Below are positions 50,761 through 64,000 of a DNA stretch of 64,000 nucleotides, piece after piece (positions within the stretch are counted from its first letter, which is position 1; the number at the start of each line of letters is the position of its first letter). The stretch spans positions 33,046,001-33,110,000 of the forward strand of contig NC_087254.1 of assembly GCF_037042905.1 (NCBI RefSeq), written 5' to 3'. The DNA comes from Lytechinus pictus. Taxonomy: Eukaryota. A program made the translations under genes and the position numbers. The notes below the pieces were generated by a model. It was not told where the DNA came from. It worked only from the letters and a program-made list of their open reading frames with translations, and ran no database searches.

Positions 50761-52425
50761 CTTGGAGGAGTTGTCAAGGTGTGCCGAAATGGGTCGGATT
50801 CTTCCGAGATTTGCCTCTCTTTTGTTGACAAGAAGCGGGATGAGACGATTCAATCTGCCGTGAAGGAGTTCATCATTTCAATCACAAAGAAGCATCCGCA
50901 TCAATTAAGGAGAAATGATGTTGAAGATTTAATCAGGAGAAATATAGGCAGGGCGAGTTCAATCTTCATTCCTTAACAAAGTATTTGCCCAATTATATAT
51001 GGAATCATTCGATGACGTAGGGATGATTCTTGACACAAACCTTTGCTATTTATATAAACGATGAAGTTGAATGTCACAACCTATTTCATTTATGATAGTT
51101 CCCTGATTCTCAGCACAGAATCAGTCTAAACTTTTCCCGGTGCTACCGAAGAATCTGAATAGAAATACTCATTCTTGACGAGCAGAGGATTTCTTAAAAG
51201 AATTATGTTAAAATGCTGAACGATATCTACTAAAACAATCGTAGGAGTTAAGACCAATTCAATAATATTTGGAATCCACCAACCTAACATATTTCGAAAC
51301 AGTCGTTCGTAAAGATTTAGCTCATTTAACAAAATGGTGGAAAGAGTCTGGTGAACTCTAAAACCTTTCTTCCATATCGAATGACGTCGAAGATGAAAAT
51401 GACTTGTCACCTTTCCTTTCACCTTCTCCATAGCCATTCTTTCAATAACAAAAACATTTCGGCCAATCCTGTTGTTCCCTTTGCTACAAAATCCAGGATT
51501 CGAAGAAAGGAACACCTCGATTCTCATTTAAATACAAAGTAGTTGTCAAGTTTGGATTATCTCATAAGATTTCACACTTTTATTGTTCTGGTCAATGACT
51601 GACAAGGGACGTACAACAGGTTTTGGTTAAACCGAGGTCCTGAAAACAATAGCCCGAATCTTGATGGATCTAATTGTCAGAGTCCTGGAACAAAGCGAAC
51701 AAGGTCATGATTAAATTGGTTCTTATTCATTTTATAGGACGTTTGACAGATGAAAGAATCGTTCTTGTTCCAAGGAATAAATCGATGAATGATTTTTGAG
51801 GCGGACGACATATCGCAAAGTTAATTAAATTCAAGTATGGACTCCCAAAGTCGGCGCGCATATGAAAACCTAAAGACAACAGAACTTGTCATCTGTGTTG
51901 TCAACTAATATCACGGATTTTACAACTTAAATTCAAGCATAAAATCATGTAATGGATTTGAAATGGACTATGAGAGCTTCACATTATGGTGAAGAAATTT
52001 TAATGGAATGTGACGAGAAAAACAACTTATTTTGAATGAAGGTTACAATGTCTGCACCAGGTTTGAGAGTTTGAATAAAAGGATATAAGAGTGACGTCAT
52101 TTTTAATCAATTACAAAGAAGCGATACACCGTAAAACCTGATTTAGACATTCTAGGGGCTTTGACGAAGAAGAGAGAACAAAATCAATTTGGTTTCGAAA
52201 TACGGTTTAGTTTTGAATGAAGGTCAATTTCATAAAACTTGCTGGTCCACGATCAAGTTCTCCCCCTTTTCACTTTCATTCTGAGAAATCTCTTTATTAC
52301 TCGTTTTCTAATTCTAATTACTCTAATTCTTTTTCTCTTTTTACTCTTTCTCTTTGTCTTTTTCTCTCTTTAAGTCTTTCATATTTTTTTTCTCATTTTG
52401 TTGTTGTTCTTTCTTCTCCTTTCAT

Positions 52426-52560
52426 NNNNNNNNNNNNNNNNNNNNNNNNNNNNNNNNNNNNNNNNNNNNNNNNNNNNNNNNNNNNNNNNNNNNNNNNNNN
52501 NNNNNNNNNNNNNNNNNNNNNNNNNNNNNNNNNNNNNNNNNNNNNNNNNNNNNNNNNNNN
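52426..52560. other. Assembly gap
   Basis: Run of N. Confidence 1.
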
Positions 52561-53716
52561 TTCTTTATTTTCTATATCTTTCTCCATTCCTTTCTATATT
52601 CCTTCATTTCCTTTGATATTTTAAACATGTTCTAAGCATGTGATCATTAATTGCTGATTCTTTACACAATCACAGAATCCTCCAAGAGTCCCGTTTCAAA
52701 AACAAATTTATCATCGAAGAGCTTCGAAATTCCCACAGGGTGTTCAAACATTATCCCTTCCCAAAGTGATTTCTAATACATCATTCGCATCTATGAAGCC
52801 GACTCCAGACCTTTCAAAGCTATTTACGTTATCTGAACGGTGGCATATCATTGGTCGACTTGGAGACGGTTTCACAGATGTTATACTGCATTGAGGCAAC
52901 TCCATTCGTTTGCTTCTTGAATTCATACCCAATCCAAAGTCTAGATTTCTATTTCATTATATTTGACTTATGCCGTTCGAACGTATCATGTATAATCTTT
53001 ACAAATATAAAAAAAAAAGTTTTATTCTAGGATAGAATTCAAACACGGAGAGTTGAATTTAATAATATTTGTATCAACACGTCTTTAAATCCATCAAAAC
53101 ATACAGACTATGCAATTGTGATAGATAATGACTTTTGATGAAAAAACAACTTTTGTGTCAGCCCAATTATCCAAATAAAATACATTTTCAGAGACGCACT
53201 TTATTAGAATGACTATTGAACTGAAAATGTATGTGTCTAAAAGAATATTTAAACGAATAGAATTTATTCATTTAAAATGAATCTTGATTTGTTTCACTAG
53301 AAATTCTATTAACTTACCCCTCGGATAAGGCACACTGTTGAACATTGAATATATTGTTTTAGGATGAGAAATAAAGCTAAATAAAACAATCAAGGAATCA
53401 ACATTCATAAGTGATAAAATAGTTTCTTTATTACTGCACTTGATAAAATTAACACAATATATATATTATAGGCAATCATGGTCAATTTTTATTTGTTGCG
53501 AAGTGTACAGAAGAAAAATACATGTATATATATCAATCTATACCAATATGCACTTTGACTTCAAATATTAGCCCTACTTTTTATAACCCTGATTTATTGT
53601 TAAAAAAAAACATCCGCAATTATGATACAGTGCATAAGAATGAAAATTCTCCATGACAAAATTTTCAACAATGATAATACTTCAAAGCTGAAATTTTGCT
53701 GGATAAGTCGACCGGA

Positions 53717-53858
53717 GCCCCGTTTCATGAAGATTTGTTATATTAACAAATGCACAATTTATATTAGAAATTTACTATTAGCCAATCAAATTGAATGATT
53801 TCAGTAGCTTTAAACTTTTATTGCAAATTTGTTACAATAACAAGTTTATGAAACGCCC
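53717..53858. mobile_element. Short MITE
   Basis: cgtttcatgaagatttgttat / ataacaagtttatgaaacg termini, similar to the 18972 family. Confidence 0.6.
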
Positions 53859-54914
53859 CGCTACATGTGACGCAAATCTAGTCCACAACATGGGCCCAAT
53901 TATGCGACCAAGGTTCCTCATGTTTAATAATTATTTCTTTCCTTATTTTCCCTTCCTTTCCGACACTTTTCTTTCTCCTTTTGTCCCATTTTCACTAGAC
54001 TTGACAAATCATATATAGGGGGGGGGGGGGGTGGAGGGCGCCCCACATTCCAGGCCAATTCCACACTTAAACAAATTAATATGAAATAAGGATAGAATTA
54101 TCAATCAATCTTCGGTAGTTTCGTCGAATTCGGATGTGAACTTTGCAGGTAAAGGAGTAATTTGTGTTTTACTAAATTTTATCATAATTTTCGTGATAAA
54201 ATGATTATCACTTGTGGTGTTAGTGACGTCGCATTTTTTTTCCTTTAGGAAAATGAAATCCGAAATATAAACTTTTTTAAACATGATTTGACTCCGTATG
54301 GAATGATTATTGCGATTTTGTTTTGATATAAGGGAAAGAATCTTCCTCCTCACATACTTTTCATTATATTTTAGAAAGATAAATAGTTTTTATATACCAC
54401 ATACCATGAAATACAAATCATGAAATTAGTTTTGTTTTTTGTTCAAAGCATTAATTTTTGCTATCATATGAATCTAACAGAAAATACACTTTAAAATTAT
54501 ATTCATAATCAGCCCCAAAATCCTTAAGTCTTGAGTCACGTATTCCTATTCTCAAAAAGTCACTCAGAACAAACACAGGCTATATTTATATGAACTGTTT
54601 TTCCCTGCTTGTACATTGATTGCATTCCTCTTTTGATATACTTGCTAGTCATGAATTTAGTACATGGCTTTAAAAATTATGCATCAAGTTGATGTGCAGA
54701 GTCGATTTTAATTCAAGATTATAGTCGTACATGTCAATGGGATCGATATAAATCGGAAGCTATTATGCAGATATTATTTCTGCTAAATAATTGATCAATA
54801 AAATATCAAATTATAAATCATTTACACAAATTTGAATAACATAAACAAATTTAAATAATGGAAAAATATAATAACTTCTGATAGAGTCAAGGATTACTAC
54901 TATGTGTTAGAGTG

Positions 54915-56561
54915 TTAGAAGTCTGAATAAAACCGTTCAACCGGATAAAATCCGTAATCCTTTTTCATAAACGATGTGGGGCTGTTAGGAGGGCAGATAC
55001 CGCCTCCCGGTGTACTTTTGAAGAAATTACAGAGCGGGCAATCGAGACTATGCGACGGTACGATCACGGGGGCGAGTTGAGATGGACTACCGTACACGAA
55101 GACAGTATTAGACGTCATGAACCGGTTTTCCGGCCAGATGACGTGGGGGTGAGCGGGTTGCAACTTTTTCATGACGGACTCGGCGATGTCGTCACCATGT
55201 GTATGGTCTTTATTGGAAAGATTTCCGTTCATGTCTTTCAGCATGGCGCTGCTGTGTTTCATTGTCTTGCGTCTGTTTTTGGCAGCGCTGACGCATCTGT
55301 CTCCCTCATCGTTGCTTAAAGCTCCTTCGGAGAGTTCGGGCGTGGCGATTTCACTTCGCATCGGCATCTTTCTCTCGTCAGTTTCGGAACTCGTCGGCCG
55401 CGTCGTGCAAGCGATCGTGTCCGAGTTATAACCACATTCGTTTCCCTCCCAACGAACTCGATGTTCTTTTGAGTTGCAGCTGTCACTGTCTTTGTCACCG
55501 CTATAATTGTCATCATCTTCGAGTCGTGCGAGGATGACATCTTCCAAGGTTGCAGTACTTAAATCAACATCGACGTCGATCGGTTTATTTTCGACACGTG
55601 GTAATCGAAAAAACGCTGACCTAGTTGGTCGCTCCGTTTCTTCAATTTCCTTCGTTGGTTTTCTTTCATTTGCTGGTGGCAGCTTATCCTGATTTCTTAC
55701 TTTCTTTCTTTTTGCATTGTCATCACTGTCGTTTGACGACACCGACGATGTCGCTACCTTGACACTGGCCTTACCTCTTATCATTCCCTCGCTATCACCC
55801 CAACTGACTGAGTCTACTTTCGATGTCGAACATCGCTGTCTCCGCTCACTTTTCGTCGCTGGTTTGTTCGATTTCGCCCGATCAGCAACTGGTGCCGACA
55901 ATGACTTCCTATGTTTCTGCAAGTTTTTCACCATATCTACCCTGCTGTAGCTTTTCCCTCTAACTCCTTGAATCCCATCCATTGCATCTTGCTGTTTGGC
56001 CGACTCCTCTTCGTTCCCCGAATCTTTCCGACTGCCCGACGGAGATGACCGAGACGATTTCGTCGATGACGTATCACTCTGCTTCGGTTCGGTAATTTTC
56101 GGCAGCTGTAGATCCTCCTGATTCCCCGCTGGTGCGGTCGAATGCTTGGGTGGGTTAACTATTCCAGCATCCTTCCACATCTCTTCCATCACTTCATTCG
56201 CCGTTTTCGTCAGCATCTCCAGTTGCTTGTCACTCACCCTCCCTAGAGGCCGAAAATCGACCCTCCGCTCAAGCGACGATAAACGCCTGCAATGTTGATA
56301 CTGATCGGACCGCGTTTGGCTGACATTCCGACTCTGCTGCCGCGACTGTCTCTCCGATGCGTTCGAATGTTTTTGATTGACGGCACTGCGACGTTTAATC
56401 GACGTCGACGCTCGCCACTCCTTCTTATATCTGATACTGGTGACCGTTCTTTCGACTGCTGAGAGGGCGATTCGAGCAGGGGGGTGTGAGAACGGGGTGG
56501 TAGCGAGCAAGGTCGCTGGCATCACCTCCATCATTGAGTCTAATCTATAATCTTGCTTCAT
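54915..56561 (-). CDS. Gene E: uncharacterised 548-aa disordered protein with a C-terminal HxxDCPLC...CPPNSP module
   Basis: The listed ORF starts at TTG; the first ATG is 56561 (MKQDYRL). In-frame stop at 56598-56600; 5'UTR acceptor tttttcgcag| at 56650. Confidence 0.85.
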   Translation of the reverse strand: MKQDYRLDSMMEVMPATLLATTPFSHPPARIALSAVERTVTSIRYKKEWRASTSIKRRSAVNQKHSNASERQSRQQSRNVSQTRSDQYQHCRRLSSLERRVDFRPLGRVSDKQLEMLTKTANEVMEEMWKDAGIVNPPKHSTAPAGNQEDLQLPKITEPKQSDTSSTKSSRSSPSGSRKDSGNEEESAKQQDAMDGIQGVRGKSYSRVDMVKNLQKHRKSLSAPVADRAKSNKPATKSERRQRCSTSKVDSVSWGDSEGMIRGKASVKVATSSVSSNDSDDNAKRKKVRNQDKLPPANERKPTKEIEETERPTRSAFFRLPRVENKPIDVDVDLSTATLEDVILARLEDDDNYSGDKDSDSCNSKEHRVRWEGNECGYNSDTIACTTRPTSSETDERKMPMRSEIATPELSEGALSNDEGDRCVSAAKNRRKTMKHSSAMLKDMNGNLSNKDHTHGDDIAESVMKKLQPAHPHVIWPENRFMTSNTVFVYGSPSQLAPVIVPSHSLDCPLCNFFKSTPGGGICPPNSPTSFMKKDYGFYPVERFYSDF

Positions 56562-57967
56562 CCAAAGTTTGCTTTCAGTCAAGTCTGAAGACGGTTTTCA
56601 TTCTGAGTTGATGAGATCTTCCTCCCTAGGGTCAATTCATTTACATCCATCTGCGAAAAAGTGAAAAGAGGAATTTTGTATTTAATACGAATCAAAATCA
56701 GAATAAATCAACAAAAAAACCAAATCACCCAAACTTAGGAGCTCGAGTAACTCGAATTTGGTTCATAAATCTTCAAGTCATTGCGATTTTTTAAAAGATA
56801 CTATTGCAGGCTGTTAAAATGGTGTAATCTGATTTATCAACATAAAATTTGTCATAAAATTTGAGCATTTATTTTTATCCGTAATAATAAGTCAATGGCT
56901 TTCACAATGAAATACTATGCATTGCTATAACGTGTATTATTTAGTCTACGTCATAAATTATGTGAAAGAATTCCAAACTAATATTCACAGGAGATAAAAA
57001 TCCGGAAAAATGAAAAACAATCAATAGCAAAATTGTATGAATTATGGTACCAATTATCGATATCAAGAGAAGTCTGTTCATTTATCATTAGTTTCAACGT
57101 CAATGTATGAATGACTTTGAATATAATGTTTCCCCGTAACCCCACCAACAGTGGTTCAATCAATAATGAACGAAATATTTTGAACTCATTGTCTACTGAA
57201 ATCAATATCTGTTAAGATATCAAAATCATACTAACAGTAATCCATTTTTAAATGCAATTATAATGCGTAAATTCCCGTGCATACAAATATAGCCTGATTC
57301 AGATTTTGTCAGCAAACAATTTCTATCACCTCGTATCAATTTGTATCAACAGGTATACTACATGCATGATTGGCACTGAAAGTTTGTATTGATGTATTTA
57401 TTTATTCCTCCATTCTGAATGAAATCTCTCCTAGGGCGTGGATATAATGACCAACAATATTTACCCCCTTGGAGTGACGAACGATATACTTTGGACAAAA
57501 GATTGTTAGGATTAGTTTCAAATTGGCTTGTAAATGAGAAACCGTTGTACGTCGAATAAAAAAAAGCAAAATAAAAAAGTGTATTTTTTCTTGTGTGATC
57601 ATGGAGTGTCAATGTTTAACTGAATTTTACGTTCGAAGTTACCCATGCACTAACATGAACATCGCTCTAGACTCGGACCAAAATAATAAATTTCTAAAGA
57701 TGTCATTCTTTTATAGCTATTCCTGGTATTCGTGTCATCATTATCATAAATATTGTGTTAGATATTTTTCAGGTTAAACAGAACAGTACAGGCATTGTCA
57801 GTAACTTGCTTTCAGTGCTCATCAGCTTTATGATGATCCATAATTTTATGTAGGAACAGTTTTGCCATTTTTTTTATTTGATTCATTGTTAAGGAAAATA
57901 TTGTTTAAGGAGATTAAGAACCCCTTTCGGTGTCATATTCGGTGTCATTCAGTGTCAGTATTGCAAA

Positions 57968-58172
57968 TATCGTCATCATCGTCACCACCACCATCATCAT
58001 CGTCGTCGTCGTCAGTGTTATCATCATTATTACTACCATAATAATTGTAATAATGTTAACTTGATCATCATCATTGTTATCATTAACTTTAACTATATTA
58101 CAATTATCACCTTCATTGCTATCATCATTACTTGACTATTGTAATTTTCATTATCGTCACTATCGTTATCAT
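57968..58172. repeat. (CAT/TAT)n low-complexity tract
   Basis: Triplet runs. Confidence 0.8.
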
Positions 58173-58284
58173 GCTAATTAAACTGTGGAAACTATTATAT
58201 TCTTAATTGGATATCAAAACGCTTAGGTTATTCAGTGGTCCTTTACCGAATCAGAGAATGATTTTCTTTTGCTTTAGACACTAT

Positions 58285-59245
58285 AACAAGTGGAATGCCT
58301 CTGGCCGTCTCACCTGCATCACGCGATTCAATATAGCAGCAGTGCTGATTTTGAAAACTACTATAACTCGCACAAGATGTTCAGTGATACTTGGTTACTC
58401 TTATTTCCACGTTTTATGAACTAGACCAATACACTTATAGAGATATAATGGCAATTCAACAAATACCCCCAACGTGGCCAAAGTTCTTTGACCTTACATG
58501 ACCTTTGACCTTGATCATGTGACCTGAAACTCGCACAGGATGTTCAGTGATACTTGATTACTATTATGTCCAAGTTTTATGAACTAGACCAACACACTTT
58601 CAAATTTATGGCTGTAATTCAACAAATACCCCAATTTGGCCAAAGTTCATTGACCCTAAATGACCTTTGACCTTGATCATGTGACCTGAAACTTGCACAG
58701 GATGTTCAGTAATACTTGATTACTATTATGTCCAAGTTTCATGAATCAGATCCATAAACTTTCAAAGTTATGATGGTAATTCAATAGATACCCCCAATTC
58801 GGCCAAAGTTCATTGACCCTAAATGACCTTTGACCTTGGTCATGTGATGTGAAACTCATGCAGGATGTTCAGTGATACTTGATTAACCTTATGTATAAGT
58901 TTCATGAACTAGGTCCATATATTTTCTAAGTTATGATGACATTTCAAAAACTTAACCTTCGGTTAAGATTTTGATGTTGATTCCCCCAACATGGTCTAAG
59001 TTCATTGACCCTAAATGACCTTTGACCTTGGTCATGTGACATGAAACTCAGGCAGGATGTTCAGTAATACTTGATTAACCTTATGGCCAAGTTTCATGAA
59101 CTAGGTCAATATACTTTCTAAGTTATGCTGTCATTTCAAAAACTTAACCTCAGGTTAAGATTTGGTGTTGACGCCGCCGCCGCCGCCGTCGCCGTCGGAA
59201 AAGCGGCGCCTATAGTCTCACTCTGCTTTGCAGGTGAGACAAAAA
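58285..59245 (-). mobile_element. Helentron-associated non-autonomous element (HINE; DINE-1/Tsp-like), full length
   Basis: Sub-terminal inverted repeat gtctcacctgca (58307) / tgcaggtgagac (59229), extra short IR gtctcac, (GCC)n microsatellite, four internal tandem repeats of about 162-192 bp, T-rich termini. Confidence 0.85.
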
Positions 59246-59404
59246 TGGCGTAAAAGATAACAAATTCCCAATCTAAAAAATTTGAGATTTCAATAACAAA
59301 CTACAAAAGTACAATAAATGCTGCACTTTATTCAAAATCCATGTCATTTTCACCAAAATTTGCAGAGTTGTAGAGGAAGGTATACCTAAGAGGTACAAAC
59401 ATTA

Positions 59405-60258
59405 AACTAGACCAATACACTTATAGAGATATGATGGCAATTCAACAAATACCCCCAACGTGGCCAAAGTTCTTTGACCTTACATGACCTTTGACCTTGA
59501 TCATGTGACCTGAAACTCGCACAGGATGTTCAGTGATACTTGATCACTATTATGTCCAAGTTTTATGAACTAGACCAACACACTTTCAAATTTATGGCTG
59601 TAATTCAACAAATACCCCAATTTGGCCAAAGTTCATTGACCCTAAATGACCTTTGACCTTGATCATGTGACCTGAAACTTGCACAGGATGTTCAGTAATA
59701 CTTGATTACTATTATGTCCAAGTTTCATGAATCAGATCCATAAACTTTCAAAGTTATGATGGTAATTCAACAGATACCCCCAATTCGGCCAAAGTTCATT
59801 GACCCTAAATGACCTTTGACCTTGGTCATGTGACGTGAAACTCATGCAGGATGTTCAGTGATACTTGATTAACCTTATGTATAAGTTTCATGAACTAGGT
59901 CCATATATTTTCTAAGTTATGATGACATTTCAAAAACTTAACCTTAGGTTAAGATTTTGATGTTGATTCCCCCAACATGGTCTAAGTTCATTGACCCTAA
60001 ATGACCTTTGACCTTGGTCATGTGACATGAAACTCAGGCAGGATGTTCAGTAATACTTGATTAACCTTATGGCCAAGTTTCATGAACTAGGTCCATATAC
60101 TTTCTAAGTTATGCTGTCATTTCAAAAACTTAACCTCAGGTTAAGATTTGGTGTTGACGCCGCCGCCGCCGTCGCCGTCGCCGCCGCCGCCGCCGTCGCC
60201 GCCGCCGTCGGAAAAGCGGCGCCTATAGTCTCACTCTGCTATGCAGGTGAGACAAAAA
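59405..60258 (-). mobile_element. Second near-identical HINE copy lacking the 3' terminus
   Basis: Matches 58419-59245 with few substitutions and a longer (GCC/GTC)n tract. Confidence 0.85.
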
Positions 60259-62398
60259 CGAACCTTAACAAAAATATATATAAATATATATTGCATGCAT
60301 TTCTAACAAAACAAGCGTTTTCTGGTATAATCTTTCACTTTTTCTGAAGTTGAGTTATAACTTTTGAGTTATCACAATTAAACACAGATTTTCAATTTAC
60401 TTACCTATTCAAGTATTGAACATGGAGGATATCCTTGCTATGTTTTCAAAAGAGACCGTCATCTCCATCACATTATTGTCGGAAGTAAGACAATGATCAT
60501 GTCTCTCTCACTTGTAACAGTCGAAACAATGATGTAGCTGCAGAGATACAGCTCGCATTCCTGCACTGACCTCTCCAAACGTTAACTCCTGCAGAATACA
60601 CAGTCTTCGAATTACACCTGAAACTTAGACTTGTCATCAGCTACCTTTAACTGAGATCACGAGGTCATGTCAATGAGATCAACAAATTAAGAAAATATAA
60701 CCCTAAACAGATCAAAATAAAGATTCGAGAAGATCATATCGCTGTATATGATTCGAATTGAGGGAAGCATATACACGCGAGTATATAAATCGTCCCGTTA
60801 CCAAAGCAAGTTTTACAGCACCGCGATGTTGATGAATAAAGCGAATCGTGTTCTGAGCGAACAGGATGAAAGGAAATCAAAATGTAAATCGATTTAACTC
60901 GAAGTCTCGTGTACTACAAAACCATTTGGAATATAATTCCTTTGTCATAGAGAATTCAGAAATCAATATTAGGACCTTTCAATACAATGGTGCTTCATGT
61001 TTTTCGGGGGAGATAGAGCGAGTAATCCCTAAAGTCTATCAATGCATCGCTACCCCCTAATTTAACTACTCTTTTGCTAATAATGTAATAATTACACAAA
61101 TTTATTGATTTCTATGATGTAAATGTACAAGGTATAGCAATCACAGTGGAAAGCGAACCCGATTGTTATATAATCAAAACTGCCAACATTTCTTTTATAA
61201 TCATATAGACGTATGCTATGACTTAATTATGTTTTCCCCTCGAAGTTATTGATTTAATAAAAGGTTATAAGTTTATGTCAGAGCCGATTCAAGTCTATCA
61301 CTTCCGAAATGATTTTGTGTCACTCATCGTCAGAAAACATCAGGCGGGCTGCTTAATGAATAAATAAAATGATAATAACTAAATAAATGTAAACATCATA
61401 AATCAGAGTTTTGAAAACGTGATTCCGATATATATTAATATGTTATGATTATTATTATTGTCACATGTGTATAAGCATGAAAAGAAAATATAATGTCTTG
61501 TCTTATCAAGATGTTTACAGGGAACTTATTTGCATAAGGGTGACACTGAATACATCCGTTGGTCCTGGCCGACAGGTGTTTATACCACCAGATGAAACAA
61601 CAAGGCTAGGTTTACCAACAAGGAGTGCTTGTTGAAAACGGCGACAAACGTTTCTATTTACCTTTAACTTGAAAAACCCATCCTTGTCAAGCGAATATCG
61701 ACAATCTAACCACTTGAAGAAAAAAAATCGACCGTGTTCCTCAAGCACCTCGCCCAAAGAAAGTCGGTACCAATTAGAGTTCACTCTGTAGAACAAAGGC
61801 TTTAAAACAAAGGGTCCGTGAATGAGATCAGTGTCCGAAAAGGCCAAAGATCTATTCAGATCAATGACCCTTATTGACATCACTGAGAACTTCATGGATG
61901 AACTCTCGTTTTCAATTTCGAAAATTATAATGCGTGCAATAGATGTCGACTGGTGTCGTTCACCCAGTTATTGAGTCAACTCAGGTCATTTTCGATATTG
62001 ATAGAATGGAAAACTATAGTTCTTTTCATCTTGGCTTACGATGGTAGCGGATAGCATTTTACATCATATCCGCAACGCGGCGTTATCTCTGTTGGGTTGG
62101 TGACAGACTGAAGTCGCGTCCAAAATTGGACGTCAATCGTTCTCCGCTAAAAATGTAAGCTCGCCTCAGTGTAAAAATATCTGCAATTATACCAAATTCT
62201 AAAACTCAAACGCAACTGGGCTTTGACGGAGACTTTCAACCAATCGGAAGCACGCCTGATTTTGCGAGTCTCGATTAAAAATAAACTCTTTTTGCAACTG
62301 GCTCCAGATGACTAGAATTTGTTCCCTTATCAATTTTACACATCGGTAAAACAATTGCTGATTATCTTTTGGTTGACCTATATTGACATTTTGACGCT

Positions 62399-62557
62399 CT
62401 AGGGCGTTTTATCAACGTTTGTTGATGAAACGCTCAGATCCGGCAACTTCCCTTGATTATGATTGACTGAGAAGCACCGTTACTATGGTAAATGTCGGAT
62501 AAAACATGACTTGTCGGATAAAACTTCCGACAAGTCCTTTCATGAAACGCTGCCTAG
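62399..62557. mobile_element. MITE, inverted relative of 18972-19134
   Basis: Shares gttactatggtaa...gtcggataaaa...gacttgtcggataaaac.tccgacaa.tcctttcatgaaacgct. Confidence 0.75.
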
Positions 62558-63794
62558 ATCTTCTTCAATCACACACTGGGGTGCTTGAATGAAAACCCGG
62601 GTTCAATTTTCGCAAGGATCGAGGACGTGTCACTTGCTCGATCAGTTTCTAGTGTCTGAAATAATAAGAGGAAAATATACTTCAGATAATGCGCTTATAG
62701 ATTGTTAGTCATAAAGGGGCATAATAAAAATTCATGACTATGATACATTGTAATTGATATCTCCCCACTCCCAATATCCTGTAATTTTAAAGGCTATTTT
62801 TCATCACTTTATTGGCAAATCTGCACATTCACGGAAATTATTCAATATGCCGAGGGCACTTCTCTTAAATGAGAAAATGCAGGGCAATAAAGTTCGAAAA
62901 AAAAAACTTTGAACAAAACTAAACATTTTTGGACACTTTCTAATTCGTAGTTATGTCGATCAAGTTCATTGGCACATTTTTAAAATGTATACAGCGATTA
63001 TTTTAAGCATGAAGGCAGGCCTATACCTTCATATTTAAAACAAAGCTGATGAAAATACCCCAAGTATGTGAGGCTCTGCTAGGTACAAAAAAAGGGCAAT
63101 GCACTTTGCAATTCTTCCTTCGGAGGAGGGAGGGGGTATCCAAAGGTTTCATCTTTGCTTTGTCCGTTTGTGATGAGGTCGTATATATATCCTTGTTAGG
63201 CAACAGTCAAAACGTTAATAGAGACCGACTGGTTCTGAGAAAGGCATAACAGTTTGAAACACATCTACGCATGGGCATGCGCATGATCAGATGAGTGCCT
63301 CTTTTCAGCGTTTGTAGCAGAGTTGTAAAACTTTTGAAGGGGCTTCTACTTGAACATGAATGGAGCCAGATCTGCATGCACGATGCAGTCACACCCCTAG
63401 AGTAAAAACAAGTTTTTTCTTATGTTTTTACACATCTCGCTTTACTTATATGAATGACAAAGGGTCAAATCTGTCTACATAATTATGAACTGTTCTTGAA
63501 AAAGCATTTTGTCGAAATTTGTTTTACTTTGTGCTTTCATCTATCGTAGCATTTGAATAACTTTGTTCGTTGTTTTTTTCTTCAGATTTTGAATTTTATT
63601 ATTGTAGTTAGTTTTTACCAAGAATTTATTTGTTTATCGCTGTTTTTTGTAATATGATCAATAGAATCGGGTAAAAAGCAATACAACTGCTGATTTTGTT
63701 TTAATCATGGTATTGATTAACATACTATTTATAGGTCCTACATTCTTATATCAAAGATTTTATTAGGAATAATGGACCTTTTACATTTGGTTAA

Positions 63795-63905
63795 CATAAT
63801 AATAATGATATAATAATAGTAATAAACAACAATAACAGTAATAATGATATCAATATTACTACTACTACTAAGTACTAATACTAATAATAACAATAATAAT
63901 AATTA
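63795..63905. repeat. (AAT)n microsatellite
   Basis: Triplet runs. Confidence 0.9.
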
Positions 63906-64000
63906 GTTCTTGTATTAGGCATATCATGTACCATTTAAAATGAGCGTGACAAAGAGAAATTCAAATGAGGAGAATATGGGAAGAGAAAATGATAGATAAA

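Noticed and set aside
56562-56582. TTG starts given by the ORF track for gene E and for ORF 50419-50853
   Set aside because: In a eukaryotic context the first in-frame ATGs (56561 and 50760) are preferred.
61515-61895. 126-aa minus-strand ORF; similar cases at 14066-14464, 46397-46636 and 51126-51527
   Set aside because: No recognisable motifs or linked splice sites; more likely UTR or non-coding, though a small gene cannot be excluded.

Overview
AT-rich animal genomic DNA with introns, microsatellites and four N-gaps. The repeat content (Tsp/DINE-like HINE, tRNA-SINEs, Kolobok/hAT/PIF MITEs) suggests a marine invertebrate, probably a sea urchin; this is inference. I recognise no gene by name. 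The window holds (1) five large, mostly single-coding-exon, Ser/Arg/Pro-rich disordered ORFs: A 9003-10292(-), B 15852-18164(+), C 37075-38268(-), D 47132-50760(-, two coding exons) and E 54915-56561(-). They do not align globally by eye but share short motifs: a 25-aa HxxDCPLCNxFK...CPPN[ST]P module, IP-hydrophobic-W, RVxF/W and LP[PKR][IV]. (2) A hand-reconstructed six-exon gene F, 27954-35437(-), about 665 aa, in which long hydrophobic segments alternate with poly-Glu/Asp tracts, followed by decaying exon duplicates. (3) Many non-autonomous transposons and retrotransposon relics. No rRNA, true tRNA or CRISPR array was found.
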